Below are positions 54,638-63,950 of a stretch of 64,000 nt of DNA, in pieces. Below the pieces are notes generated by a model that was given only the letters and a program-made list of their open reading frames with translations, had not been told where the DNA came from and did no database searches. Both the position numbers and the translations under genes were made by a program. Position 1 is the first letter of the stretch. Every line of letters begins with the position of its first letter. The DNA comes from an uncultured Desulfatibacillum sp. (GTDB lineage Bacteria > Desulfobacterota > Desulfobacteria > Desulfobacterales > SpSt-501): assembly GCA_964427375.1 (NCBI GenBank), contig CAYRUF010000004.1:8690-72689 (forward strand), given 5' to 3'.

Positions 54638-55489
54638 TTACAGAGTCGAGTTCACCAGCAGCTGGGTGTAGGGGTGCTGGGGATCTTCGAGGATCTGGTC
54701 GGACAGGCCTTCCTCCACGATGCACCCGTGGCGCATCACGATGGTGCGCGAGGTCAGCTGCCGGATGACCCCGAGATCGTGGGAGACCACAATGGTCGCC
54801 ACGCCCAGCTCCTGCTGCAGGCCGCGGATCAAGTCCAGCACGCGCGCCTGCACCGAGACGTCCAGGCCGGTGGTGACCTCGTCCAGCAGGAGCACCGCCG
54901 GATGGGTCGACAGGGCCTTGGCAATCTGCACCCGCTGCTGCATGCCGCCTGAGAAATTGCGCGGCAGATCGTCCATGCGCTCGACCGGCACTTCGGTCTG
55001 GTCCAGCAGCCCGCCGGCCCGCTCCCGCATCCGGCCGACATGGCGCCAGCCCGCCATCAATAAACGCTCGGCGATGTTGCCGCCGGCGCTCACTTTCATG
55101 CGCAGCCCCATGCGGGCGTTCTGATAGACGATCCCCATGCGCTCGTTGCGGAGCTGCCGGCGCTGGAAGGCGCTGAGCGCGAACAGGTTTTGCCCGGGTG
55201 CGACCCCGGTTAAACCGTTTCCGTTCAAGTTCAGGAAAAACTCGCCTGCGGTGGGCTCGAAGTCGAAATGCAGCAGCCGCACCACCGTGCTCTTGCCGGA
55301 TCCGCTTTCGCCGACGATGCCCAGGACCTCGCCCGGATAAAGCTCGAAGGATACCTCCCGGCAGGCCAGGATCGATCGGCAGCGCGCGCACTGGTTGGTC
55401 TCGCGGCGGGCGCCGGTCGGATCGAGACATTCGGGGCAGCCTGGACCGTAGCGTTTGGTCAGGTTGCGGACCTGGAGGATGGGCTTCAC
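54638..55489 (-). CDS. phnK: C-P lyase system ATP-binding component PhnK
   Basis: GTG start overlaps the phnJ stop. GESGSGKSTV, FSGGMQQRVQIAKAL, LLLDEVTTGLD. Confidence 0.88.
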   Translation of the reverse strand: MKPILQVRNLTKRYGPGCPECLDPTGARRETNQCARCRSILACREVSFELYPGEVLGIVGESGSGKSTVVRLLHFDFEPTAGEFFLNLNGNGLTGVAPGQNLFALSAFQRRQLRNERMGIVYQNARMGLRMKVSAGGNIAERLLMAGWRHVGRMRERAGGLLDQTEVPVERMDDLPRNFSGGMQQRVQIAKALSTHPAVLLLDEVTTGLDVSVQARVLDLIRGLQQELGVATIVVSHDLGVIRQLTSRTIVMRHGCIVEEGLSDQILEDPQHPYTQLLVNSTL

Positions 55490-56427
55490 GCGCCGTCCTC
55501 CAGGGGCGGACGCGTTTCTTTCGCGCCGCGGCCCCGGCGAGATTTTTCGCAGAAGGCCGTATCCGAGCAGGTATAGGTCCGCCGGCCGGTTGCATCGTCG
55601 ATCACCTCGTCCAGAAAGGTTCCGGCCGAACCGCAGCGGTTGCAGCGCCGCCCGTCGAAGGCCTCCACGCGGAAGGCGAAATCCTCGAAGGCAAGCGGCT
55701 GCACCTCCGTATGGGGCGGCACGGCGTAGATGCGCTTCTCGCGGCCGGCGCAGAACAGGAACAGGGCCTCGCCCTGATGCAGCTTGGCGACGTCCCAGCG
55801 CGGGATCGGGCTGGGGTCCATGAGGTGGCGGCGGTTGACCAGCACCGGGTAGCGCGCCCCCACCGTGATTTCATTGAATTTCACGATGTCTTCGTAGAGA
55901 TAGAGCCACATCCGGCTGTAGTCCGCCTCGGCGTGCATGCGCCGGGTCTCGCGTTCGGACGGTTCCACCAGGCGCAGCGGCTCCGGGATCGGCACCTGGA
56001 AGATGAGCAGCTGATGCGGCTGCAGCGGCTCCTCCGGGATGCGGTGCCGGGTCTGAATCAGGGTGGCTGCGGCGGTGTCGGTCGTGACGGCCACGCCGGT
56101 GACCCGAGCCACGAATTTCTTGATGTTAACCGCGTTGACGCTGTCGTCCGCGCCCTGGTCGATGACCTTGAGCACATCCTCCGGTCCGATCAGGGACAGC
56201 GTCAGCTGCAGCCCGCCCGTTCCCCAGCCTCGGGCGATCGGCATCTCGCGCGAGCCGAAGGGCACCTGGCAGCCGGGCATGGCCACGGCCTTGAGGATCC
56301 GGCGCCGGATTTCACGCTTGGCGCCTTCGTCGAGAAACGCGTAGGAATAGCGGCCTCCGGCCGGCGGCCGGCGGTCCCGCCAGTCCGCCGGCGGTGCCGC
56401 GGCCCGGCATGGCCGGCTGGGCGTCAT
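55486..56427 (-). CDS. phnJ: Carbon-phosphorus lyase catalytic subunit PhnJ (radical SAM)
   Basis: YSYAFLDEGAKREIRRRILKAVAMPGCQVPFGSREMPIARGWGTGGLQLT...VIDQGADDSVNAVNI, and the C-terminal Cys cluster CNRCGS...CSDTAFC. The ATG at 56427 overlaps the phnI stop (ATGA). The ORF-track start at 56760 was rejected. Confidence 0.9.
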   Translation of the reverse strand: MTPSRPCRAAAPPADWRDRRPPAGGRYSYAFLDEGAKREIRRRILKAVAMPGCQVPFGSREMPIARGWGTGGLQLTLSLIGPEDVLKVIDQGADDSVNAVNIKKFVARVTGVAVTTDTAAATLIQTRHRIPEEPLQPHQLLIFQVPIPEPLRLVEPSERETRRMHAEADYSRMWLYLYEDIVKFNEITVGARYPVLVNRRHLMDPSPIPRWDVAKLHQGEALFLFCAGREKRIYAVPPHTEVQPLAFEDFAFRVEAFDGRRCNRCGSAGTFLDEVIDDATGRRTYTCSDTAFCEKSRRGRGAKETRPPLEDGA

Positions 56428-57524
56428 GGGTTTTCCTCCCCGGTTTGCTCCGGACCCGCCTGAATTCGGCGCAGGCGGTCCAGCTCGGACTGAAACGTGA
56501 CGTAATGGGGCAGCTTGTAGTGGTTGCAGAACCCCATGGACTCGATGCCGTCTACGTGGGTCAGCACGAACTCCTGGTCTTCGGAAGGCGCTGCGGGCTC
56601 GCTGCCGGACATGGCCCGGTCCAATACCGCCATGGCGATGGCCTTGGTTTCGTTGTGGCCGAAGCACAGTCCGTAGCCGAGGCTGAATCGGGCCGGACCT
56701 TCGGCTTCCGCCAGGCGCGCAATGACCTCGGCTTCGGTCACCTGCACCTCGCCGATGCATTCCACCGACCCGCTGCGCGGATTCCTGAACGTCACAGGTA
56801 GGAATCCCACCCGGAGCTCGCCGATCACCGGATGCACCGACCCGTAGCCTCGCATGTTGGAATAGGCCAGCGCCAGCATGCCGCCGGTTTCCCCCCGTGC
56901 CAGGCTCTGCAGCTGAGCGCTGCGCGAGGCCGGAAAGGACAGGGCCTGGCGGGTAATGTCGGTCAAGCCTCGGTCCTGGCCGGTCGCAATCCGCTGCACC
57001 AGCAGGCCTTCCCGCCGCAGCATTTCGACCACCTTGGGGAAACGCTCCGGGAGCGGGTCCAGCCGGCCGGCCTCCCTCAGCAGCTGGCGGATCTGCTGCC
57101 GGTTGCGCGCAGCGGATTCGTCCTGCAGCTCGAAATCGAGCAGCCGCAGGGTGTAGTCCGGGGTCGGCCCGAGGATCTGGCCGCCGGGGATGTCCTTGAA
57201 AGCAGCTGAAATCCGCCGAATCACGCGCATGCCGTCCGTGGCGACCGGCTCCGAATATCCGATGCGCGGCAGGGTGGTCCGGTAGGAACGCAGGATGAAA
57301 GCCGCCTCGAAGCTGTCCCCGGCGGCCTGCTTGAAGGCCAGCGCCGCCAGGTCCGGAGCGTAAAGGGAGCCTTCGCCCATCACCCGGTCGACGGCGAAAT
57401 ACAGCTGTTCGCGGATCTGCTCCGGCTTGAGCAGGTCGGAGGAGCCGCCGGCGCGCCGCACCAACGAAAATTTTTCGGCGTTCTCGATGGCGGCCGCACC
57501 GCCTCTCACAGCCACGTAGCCCAT
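56424..57524 (-). CDS. phnI: C-P lyase core complex subunit PhnI
   Basis: MGYVAVRGGAAAIENAEKF... 366 aa, between phnH and phnJ. Confidence 0.88.
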   Translation of the reverse strand: MGYVAVRGGAAAIENAEKFSLVRRAGGSSDLLKPEQIREQLYFAVDRVMGEGSLYAPDLAALAFKQAAGDSFEAAFILRSYRTTLPRIGYSEPVATDGMRVIRRISAAFKDIPGGQILGPTPDYTLRLLDFELQDESAARNRQQIRQLLREAGRLDPLPERFPKVVEMLRREGLLVQRIATGQDRGLTDITRQALSFPASRSAQLQSLARGETGGMLALAYSNMRGYGSVHPVIGELRVGFLPVTFRNPRSGSVECIGEVQVTEAEVIARLAEAEGPARFSLGYGLCFGHNETKAIAMAVLDRAMSGSEPAAPSEDQEFVLTHVDGIESMGFCNHYKLPHYVTFQSELDRLRRIQAGPEQTGEENP

Positions 57525-57528
57525 CGCC

Positions 57529-58110
57529 TCACCTCGCTTGGATGCGGGTCGACCGCGGCAGTCCCATCACCTCTCCGTTCGGCCGCACGAAAAAGGCGTC
57601 GACCCCCAGCGGGTAGTCGGCATTGACGATCATCAGATCCTGGTATTCTTGGACTAGAATCCCGGGCATCTCCGGGGCGATCCCGCTCGGCCCGGGAATG
57701 CCGGGGCCGGTCAACCGCACGCAGAACCGGTCCGTAACATCCGCTGGCGGCGATTCCAGGCAATACACGAGGGTCGCCCCCTCTTCGGGAAACTCGGAAC
57801 GTCCGCGCTTGGCCCGGCGAACGCCGCCCCGGCTGTCGCCGTCCGAGAAGAAGACGAAATCGGCGGCTTCCAGGCATTCCGTCCGCGCGCCGGTGGCTTT
57901 CGCCACGGCCGCCGTTAAGCTTCGGGCAAGGTTGCCGCCGGTCACGCAGAAACCGACGTCGGCATCAAGCAGACACTCCGCGATCGCCATCGCGGCGGCA
58001 ATTGCCGGCTCGCCGTCCATGGCGCTCAGGCGAACGACCCGCCCCGGCCGGCTCAGGGATTGAAGCAGGCTGCGATAGTTCCTTTGGTTGCGGCGTTCGC
58101 TTGCATCCAT
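57529..58110 (-). CDS. phnH: C-P lyase core complex subunit PhnH
   Basis: SERRNQRNYRSLLQSLSRPGRVVRL aligns with the PhnH N-terminus. An alternative start at 58149 would overlap phnG. Confidence 0.8.
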   Translation of the reverse strand: MDASERRNQRNYRSLLQSLSRPGRVVRLSAMDGEPAIAAAMAIAECLLDADVGFCVTGGNLARSLTAAVAKATGARTECLEAADFVFFSDGDSRGGVRRAKRGRSEFPEEGATLVYCLESPPADVTDRFCVRLTGPGIPGPSGIAPEMPGILVQEYQDLMIVNADYPLGVDAFFVRPNGEVMGLPRSTRIQAR

Positions 58111-58123
58111 ACGATGGGTCGCC

Positions 58124-58648
58124 TCATCCGCCCAGGGAGCCGAAATCAACGCGCTCCTTTTTCATCGATTCGAAGCGGACCGCGGTGGCGGCCGCCAATT
58201 TGGAGGAATGCGCCTTCTGGTCGGCGCGCTTGGCTTCGAGCGGGCCGAGATGAACTGCGACCGCGCCGAGAATATCCGCCCGGCCGCAGAGCTCGGCGGC
58301 CGCGACGGCCGCCGCCAGCAGCGCCTGTTCGGGTTCATCGCCGCAGACTGCGGCGTAACCCGTATAGCCGTCAAAAGACACCTCGGCCTCGCTGACCAAT
58401 ACTTCGCCGAGATGAAACGGCGTGTCGAATGGGTCCCGAACCGTAAGCATGACCAGCCCGGTTCGCGGTGGCTGCTGCACATGGAACCCGCCCATGGGCC
58501 AGAGGACGTCCAGCAGCGCCGCGATCTCTTCGGGGGCGGCTGCGGGCAGGGCTGCGAGGAGGCGCTCCTTCACTCCGGTGGCTTGTTCAGTCCCGCATGC
58601 CCACGGGCATGCGAGGCTCGGGTCTGCAGCTGGATCTAGTTCATCCAT
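58124..58648 (-). CDS. phnG: C-P lyase core complex subunit PhnG
   Basis: [28 protein letters not shown]...[16 protein letters not shown]. Start at MDELD (58648) or 58684. Confidence 0.8.
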   Translation of the reverse strand: MDELDPAADPSLACPWACGTEQATGVKERLLAALPAAAPEEIAALLDVLWPMGGFHVQQPPRTGLVMLTVRDPFDTPFHLGEVLVSEAEVSFDGYTGYAAVCGDEPEQALLAAAVAAAELCGRADILGAVAVHLGPLEAKRADQKAHSSKLAAATAVRFESMKKERVDFGSLGG

Positions 58649-59282
58649 ACCGGGCCAAAAATCTTTCCAGGTTTGAAAAATCATGGAACCGCTGCTCCAG
58701 GGTCAACCGGTCCCAGTCCCACCAGGCGATGGACGTCAACCGCTCGATGATCTCGGGCGCAAACCGCAGGCGCAGCGGCCGGGCCGGCACCCCGGCCACC
58801 ACCTGGTAGGGGGCGACGTCCCGCGTGACCACCGCTCCGGCCGCCACCACCGCCCCGGTTCCGATTTTGATCCCGGCCATGACCTTGGCCCCGGCGCCAA
58901 TCCACACGTCGTGGCCGATGCGGCAGCTGCGCCGGCGGCGCCATTCGAATACGCCCTCGTCGTCGCTGGCTGCGAAGCCGTAACGCCGGCGGCGATAGGT
59001 GCAATGGTGCTGGGTGACGCGCTGCATGGGATGGTCGCCGGGGTTGATGACGACATGGGTTGCGATCGAACAGAATTTGCCGATGTCGGTGTAGACGACG
59101 GTTCCGTCCGAACCGGCCAGATAGCTGTAGTCTCCGAGCCGCGATTCGATCACCGTCCAATCGGCACCGATGTCGGTATAGGCGCCGATGACGGAGCCGC
59201 TGACGACGGCCGACGGATGGATCTGCGGCGCCGATTCGGCCTCGCGCGGTTCGAGGTATTTTTCCTGGAAGGCTAACGCCAT
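58641..59282 (-). CDS. Hexapeptide-repeat (LbH) acetyltransferase of the type found in C-P lyase operons
   Basis: Left-handed beta-helix repeats ([31 protein letters not shown]) and C-terminal SIAWWDW. Leads the phnG-M operon. Confidence 0.75.
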   Translation of the reverse strand: MALAFQEKYLEPREAESAPQIHPSAVVSGSVIGAYTDIGADWTVIESRLGDYSYLAGSDGTVVYTDIGKFCSIATHVVINPGDHPMQRVTQHHCTYRRRRYGFAASDDEGVFEWRRRRSCRIGHDVWIGAGAKVMAGIKIGTGAVVAAGAVVTRDVAPYQVVAGVPARPLRLRFAPEIIERLTSIAWWDWDRLTLEQRFHDFSNLERFLARYG

Positions 59283-59326
59283 GGCCCCTCGCTTGTTTCC
59301 ATGGAGGGCACTTTGGCGGACCAAGA

Positions 59327-59353
59327 TTAGAAGCGCATGAGGGGTTCGTTAGA
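59327..59353 (-). promoter_or_regulatory. Candidate Pho-box half-sites upstream of the C-P lyase operon
   Basis: TTAGA at 59327 and 59349 (22-bp spacing), 45-70 bp upstream of the ATG at 59282. Confidence 0.4.
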
Positions 59354-59391
59354 AAACGAAAAGATTGAAAGTGCAGAAGGGCGTGCCGCCT

Positions 59392-59847
59392 TTATCCCAA
59401 CAGACCGACCTTCGACGCGAAATCGTCCGGCCCCGGGCTCAGCAGCCAGGCTTTGATCATCTCGCGGATCGTGCGCACCTGAGCCAACTGCTCGTCACGG
59501 GTGCCGGTTGCCTTCGACGGGTCCGGAAACGGCATGTGCCAGCGCCGGGTGATCCCAGGGAATATGGGACATTGTGATTCGGTGTCGCTGCACACCGTAA
59601 TGACGTGGTCGAACAGCCGGCCCTGCTTGAAAAGCTCGAAGACGCTTTGGGGCTTCTTTTGGGACAGATCGAATCCTTCCTCCCGCATCACCTCGACCAC
59701 CAGAGGATTCACGGCCCCGGCCGGTTCCAGCCCGGCGCTGGCGATATCGGCACGGCCGCCGGCAATTTTCTTGAGGTAGGCCTCGGCGATTTGGCTGCGG
59801 CCGCTGTTATGCCGGCAGATGATGAGCACCTTCAACGGATCGGACAT
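59392..59847 (-). CDS. Low-molecular-weight phosphotyrosine phosphatase / ArsC(Trx-type)-family protein
   Basis: P-loop VLIICRHNSGRSQIAEAY (CX5R-S). The ATG at 59847 follows GAGGAGAA. Confidence 0.8.
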   Translation of the reverse strand: MSDPLKVLIICRHNSGRSQIAEAYLKKIAGGRADIASAGLEPAGAVNPLVVEVMREEGFDLSQKKPQSVFELFKQGRLFDHVITVCSDTESQCPIFPGITRRWHMPFPDPSKATGTRDEQLAQVRTIREMIKAWLLSPGPDDFASKVGLLG

Positions 59848-59913
59848 AGGATTCTCCTCGATGACGGTCTGCGGCAAGAGCCTGCCGAAAGCTGGAAAAC
59901 GCAGGGAGTGCCT

Positions 59914-59994
59914 TTAATGAGATCTGCGGCCCATGGCGCAAATCGTCACGACGAAACATACTCCGATGATCAAAATCAACAGCCACTCCGGCAT
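59914..59994 (-). CDS. Candidate 26-aa hydrophobic micropeptide
   Basis: GGAGGAACCC-ATG, then MPEWLLILIIGVCFVVTICAMGRRSH-TAA. Below the ORF-track length cutoff and found by reading the intergenic region. Confidence 0.35.
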   Translation of the reverse strand: MPEWLLILIIGVCFVVTICAMGRRSH

Positions 59995-60065
59995 GGGTTC
60001 CTCCCGGGTTGTTGATACGTGCATGCCAACCGGCATGTTCGGCTCTATGGATAACACGGGGAATA

Positions 60066-60081
60066 TTAGGAGAATGTTAAG
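60066..60081 (-). promoter_or_regulatory. Candidate Pho box upstream of the micropeptide / LMW-PTP unit
   Basis: TTAGG at 60066 and TTAAG at 60077 (11-bp phasing), about 72 bp upstream of the ATG at 59994. Confidence 0.4.
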
Positions 60082-60169
60082 AAATCGTGAGGTGTTGATG
60101 AACCCCTGGTCACCGCGAAAAAGGGATGACGCGGCCGGCCGGATAGACGCCCCCGCTGGAAACAGCCGC

Positions 60170-61360
60170 CTACAGCCCCGTGGAAATCACCAGATCGGTG
60201 ATCGGCCCCCGCGACTTCTCGCCCTTCAGCACGATGTGCGCGTAGTTCCGGCTGCCCTTGAATTTCTTGACCACCCAGTTCAGCCCGTTGTTCTCCTGAT
60301 TGAGGTAGGGGTTGTCGACCTGCCGGGTGTCTCCGAGGCAGAAGCACTTCACGCCTTCGCCCATGCGGGTCAGCAGGGCTCGGCACTCCGAGCGCGACAT
60401 GTTCTGCATCTCGTCGATCAGGACCACGGCGTTCTCGATGTTCATGCCGCGGATGTAGGCCAGCGGCAGGATCTCGAACGTCTTGGGGTTGAACTGCGGA
60501 GGGTAGACATCGCCGTCCATGAAAATCTTGTTGGCCGGCCGCAGCCGGTGGAGCTTGGCGACCAGGTCGGCGATGTAGCGCGTGTAGGGCTCCATCTTTT
60601 CCTCGACTTTGCCCGGCAGGTAGCCCAGCTTCTGGCCGATCTCGATGGTGGGCTTGATCACGAAGATTTTCTGATGGGATTTGCGTTCGAGCACGAGGTA
60701 AAGCGCTGCCGCGAGCGCCAGGTGGCTCTTGCCGTAACCGGCTTCGCTTTGCACCGACACCAAGTCGATGTCCGGGTGGGTCATGAGCTCCAGGGCGAGG
60801 TTCTGGAAGATGTTGCGGGGGGTTACTTTCCAGACCTTGTGCTGGTAGTCGATGACCTTTTCGCCCTGGGGACCGAAAAAAAGGGGTTTGCCCTGCTCGT
60901 TCCACATAAAGGCGTTCGGCACGAACTCCTCGCGGCTGGCCACGAACCCGGTAAAATATTCCGCCTCGGATTTGAACGGAACGGACTCCTTGTAGATCTC
61001 GCTTTTAATGCCGCGCAGCCGCGCCTGGAGCTGGAAGATCCGGTCGTTGGTGACCAGAATGGGCTTGTCGATGCCGCTCGACTGGATCTCCTCCAGAATA
61101 AAGTTGTCCACCAGATTGACAAAGGGGTCGGCGACGGAGTCGGCGTTGAGCACCTTGAAGGCGTCCGGATTCTGCACGAGGTATTCGATCACCCGGGCGA
61201 CGATGTGCCGAAGCTTCGGGTCCTTCTTGATCTTGTTCAGCTCGAGCAGCACATGGTAGGGGATGAAGACGCTGTTCTCATTCCCGTTCCGAAGCTTGAC
61301 CAGCGAATTGGGGTCTTCCAGCAGGACATTGGTGTCGATGATGTAGTTCTTCTGCTCCAT
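60170..61360 (-). CDS. phoH: PhoH-family ATPase with an N-terminal PIN domain (YlaK-like)
   Basis: PIN domain YIIDTNVLLEDPNSL. PhoH core with Walker A QSEAGYGKSHLALAAAL and VVLIDEMQNM. An alternative start at 61372 is possible. Confidence 0.85.
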   Translation of the reverse strand: MEQKNYIIDTNVLLEDPNSLVKLRNGNENSVFIPYHVLLELNKIKKDPKLRHIVARVIEYLVQNPDAFKVLNADSVADPFVNLVDNFILEEIQSSGIDKPILVTNDRIFQLQARLRGIKSEIYKESVPFKSEAEYFTGFVASREEFVPNAFMWNEQGKPLFFGPQGEKVIDYQHKVWKVTPRNIFQNLALELMTHPDIDLVSVQSEAGYGKSHLALAAALYLVLERKSHQKIFVIKPTIEIGQKLGYLPGKVEEKMEPYTRYIADLVAKLHRLRPANKIFMDGDVYPPQFNPKTFEILPLAYIRGMNIENAVVLIDEMQNMSRSECRALLTRMGEGVKCFCLGDTRQVDNPYLNQENNGLNWVVKKFKGSRNYAHIVLKGEKSRGPITDLVISTGL

Positions 61361-61641
61361 TTTTCGTCGCACCTCGCATGAATGGGTTTAAACCAATGGC
61401 GTGCGCGCTGCGATCCGGTCTCGAAAACTGTGTCTTGAATTGAATTGTAGCCGAAAGTGGAACCGAGGTAAAGCTGATCAACCAACATATAGTGAGCAAA
61501 ATGTTAGCTTACCACTAAATATTGGTGAGTCAATCGCATGGTTTCCTTCGGCAAAACATTGCACGGTGGAGGCGCCAGGCTTGACTTTGGATCATTGCCT
61601 CTATACCATCGACACCCAATCGATAGGGTGATAATCCAAAT

Positions 61642-62217
61642 ATGCCTCCAAAGCCCTGGGATATTGTGTCAAGCGAGCGCCGGGACCGCCTGCGCATTTT
61701 CGGCCTGCGCGTCGACCGGGCCGTTTCGCCCCGAACCGGCGAGGCCCACGATTTCTATGTGCTGGAATCCGGCAGCTGGGTGAATGTGATCCCCATAACC
61801 CCTGCGCAGGAAACGGTTTTGATCCGTCAATACCGCCACGGCACGCGGGAGATCACCTTGGAGATACCCGGCGGCATCGTGGAGCCCGGCGACTCGCCCC
61901 AGGAGGCGGCCCGGCGGGAGCTGCGGGAGGAGACCGGCTATGAGGCCGAAAAGATGGTCGAGCTGGGCTTCGTGCACCCGAACCCGGCCTTTCTGGACAA
62001 TCGCTGCTACACCTTCCTCGCTCCAGGCGCTTTCCGTGCAGGCCCGCAAACCCAGGACGAGAAGGAAGACATCGAAGTGCTGCTGAAACCCTTAGCCGAG
62101 ATCCCCCGGCTCATCCGGGAGGGTCTGATCACCCATTCCCTCGTAGTGGCCGCTTTTTATCGCCTGTTTATGGAACACCCTTCGCTGGCTTCGGTGAGCG
62201 CCCATGCAAGCCATTGA
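61642..62217 (+). CDS. NUDIX hydrolase (ADP-ribose pyrophosphatase-like)
   Basis: Nudix box GGIVEPGDSPQEAARRELREETGYEA. Confidence 0.85.
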   Translation: MPPKPWDIVSSERRDRLRIFGLRVDRAVSPRTGEAHDFYVLESGSWVNVIPITPAQETVLIRQYRHGTREITLEIPGGIVEPGDSPQEAARRELREETGYEAEKMVELGFVHPNPAFLDNRCYTFLAPGAFRAGPQTQDEKEDIEVLLKPLAEIPRLIREGLITHSLVVAAFYRLFMEHPSLASVSAHASH

Positions 62218-63913
62218 GTTCCGGAAGGCCGCGAGCGGCGAACAGCCCTGCGACCTGCTTTTGACTAATGCGCGCATCGTCGATGTTTTTTCAGGAGAGA
62301 TCGCCGCCGGCAGCGTAGCCGTCGCCGCGGGGCGGATCGTCGGCATCGGCGACTACCCCGCCCGTGCAACCGTCGATCTGGGCGGGCGCTTCGTCGCGCC
62401 CGGATTCATCGACGCCCATGTGCACATCGAAAGCGCCATGACCTGCGTCGCCGGGTTCGCCCGGGCGGTGGTGGCCCGCGGCACCACGGCGGTGGTGGCG
62501 GACCCCCACGAGATCGCCAACGTGCTCGGCGTCGAGGGGATCCGCTACATGCTGGCCTCCGCGGTCGGGCAGCCGATCAACGTCTTCTACGCCCTGCCCT
62601 CCTGCGTGCCGGCCACCGAGATGGAGACGGCCGGCGCGCGCTTGGCGGCCGCCGATCTGGAGCCCTTCTACCAGGACCCGCGCATCGTCGCCCTGGGCGA
62701 AATGATGAATTATCCCGGCGTGCTGAACGGCGACCCCGAAGTTTTGAAAAAAATCGACGCCGCCCGTCGGCACGGCCGGCCGATCGACGGCCACGCTCCC
62801 GGCCTTTCCGGACGCGATCTCGCCGCCTATGCCGCGGCCGGGATCAGCAGCGACCACGAATGCACCGCACCGGCCGAGGCCCTGGAGAAGCTTACGGCCG
62901 GCATGCACATCATGATCCGCGAGGGCACCGGCGCCCGCAACCTGGCCGCGCTGCTGCCCGTCGTCACCGAGCGCAACGCGCCCCGGCTCATGTGGTGCAC
63001 GGACGACCGCCACCCCCACGACCTGCTGGAAGAAGGCCACATCGATTCCATCGTCGCCGCCGCGGTCCGCGGCGGCGTTGATCTCGCAACCGCCATCCGG
63101 ATGGCCACCCTCAATCCGGCCGAACGCTTCGGCCTCACCCATCTGGGAGCCGTCGCCCCGGGTCGCCAGGCCGACCTGGTGGTGTTTTCGGATCCAGCCT
63201 GCCTGCAGATCGAAGCGGTCTATGTGCACGGCGAGCTCGTCGCCCGGGACGGCGGGCTGGTGGACGGCCTCGACACCCCGTCCGGACTGCCGGCCCCGGC
63301 CTCCATGAACGTCGACCTGCGGAGTTTGGATTTCGGCCTGGCCGCAAGCGGCCGGCGGCTGCGGGTGATCGAGCTCATCCCCGATCAAATCCTCACGCGC
63401 CAGTCGATCGAATCCGCGCCGGTTGAAAACGGCCGGCTGGTATCGGACCCCGAACGCGACCTGCTCAAGATCGCCGTCGTGGAGCGCCACCGCGGCAGCG
63501 GGCGCATCGGCCTGGGAGTGGTTCGCGGGTTCGGGCTCCGGCAGGGGGCTCTCGCCTCCAGCGTGGCCCACGACTCGCACAACATCGTCGTGGTGGGCGC
63601 GGCGGACGCGGACATGCGCGCCGCCGTGGAAGAGGTGGCGGCGATGGGCGGGGGCATCGCCGCCGCGGCCGGCGGCCGGATCGCGGCCCGGCTGCCGCTG
63701 CCCGTGGCCGGGCTCATGTCGCTGGAGCCGGTTCAGGCCGTAAACGCGGCCATGAACCGGCTGGTGCGCGCGGCCCATGAGATGGGCTCCGCCCTCAAGG
63801 ACCCGTTCATGACGCTCTCGTTTCTGGCCCTCCCGGTCATTCCCGAGCTGAAACTCACCGACCGGGGCCTAGTCGACGTGCTCCAGTTCCGGCACGTCGG
63901 CCTTTTCGTGTGA
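62204..63913 (+). CDS. ade: Adenine deaminase
   Basis: LLLTNARIVDVFSGEI...GFIDAHVHIESAM...HECT... 569 aa amidohydrolase with the typical Ade C-terminal domain. Confidence 0.85.
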   Translation: MQAIEFRKAASGEQPCDLLLTNARIVDVFSGEIAAGSVAVAAGRIVGIGDYPARATVDLGGRFVAPGFIDAHVHIESAMTCVAGFARAVVARGTTAVVADPHEIANVLGVEGIRYMLASAVGQPINVFYALPSCVPATEMETAGARLAAADLEPFYQDPRIVALGEMMNYPGVLNGDPEVLKKIDAARRHGRPIDGHAPGLSGRDLAAYAAAGISSDHECTAPAEALEKLTAGMHIMIREGTGARNLAALLPVVTERNAPRLMWCTDDRHPHDLLEEGHIDSIVAAAVRGGVDLATAIRMATLNPAERFGLTHLGAVAPGRQADLVVFSDPACLQIEAVYVHGELVARDGGLVDGLDTPSGLPAPASMNVDLRSLDFGLAASGRRLRVIELIPDQILTRQSIESAPVENGRLVSDPERDLLKIAVVERHRGSGRIGLGVVRGFGLRQGALASSVAHDSHNIVVVGAADADMRAAVEEVAAMGGGIAAAAGGRIAARLPLPVAGLMSLEPVQAVNAAMNRLVRAAHEMGSALKDPFMTLSFLALPVIPELKLTDRGLVDVLQFRHVGLFV

Positions 63914-63950
63914 ATAAAAAGACCCTCGATTTCGATCTTGATGAACTCGT

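Noticed and set aside
55486-56760. 424-aa version of phnJ
   Set aside because: The N-terminal 111 aa overlap phnI out of frame and are low-complexity. Homology to PhnJ begins just after the ATG at 56427, which overlaps the phnI stop.
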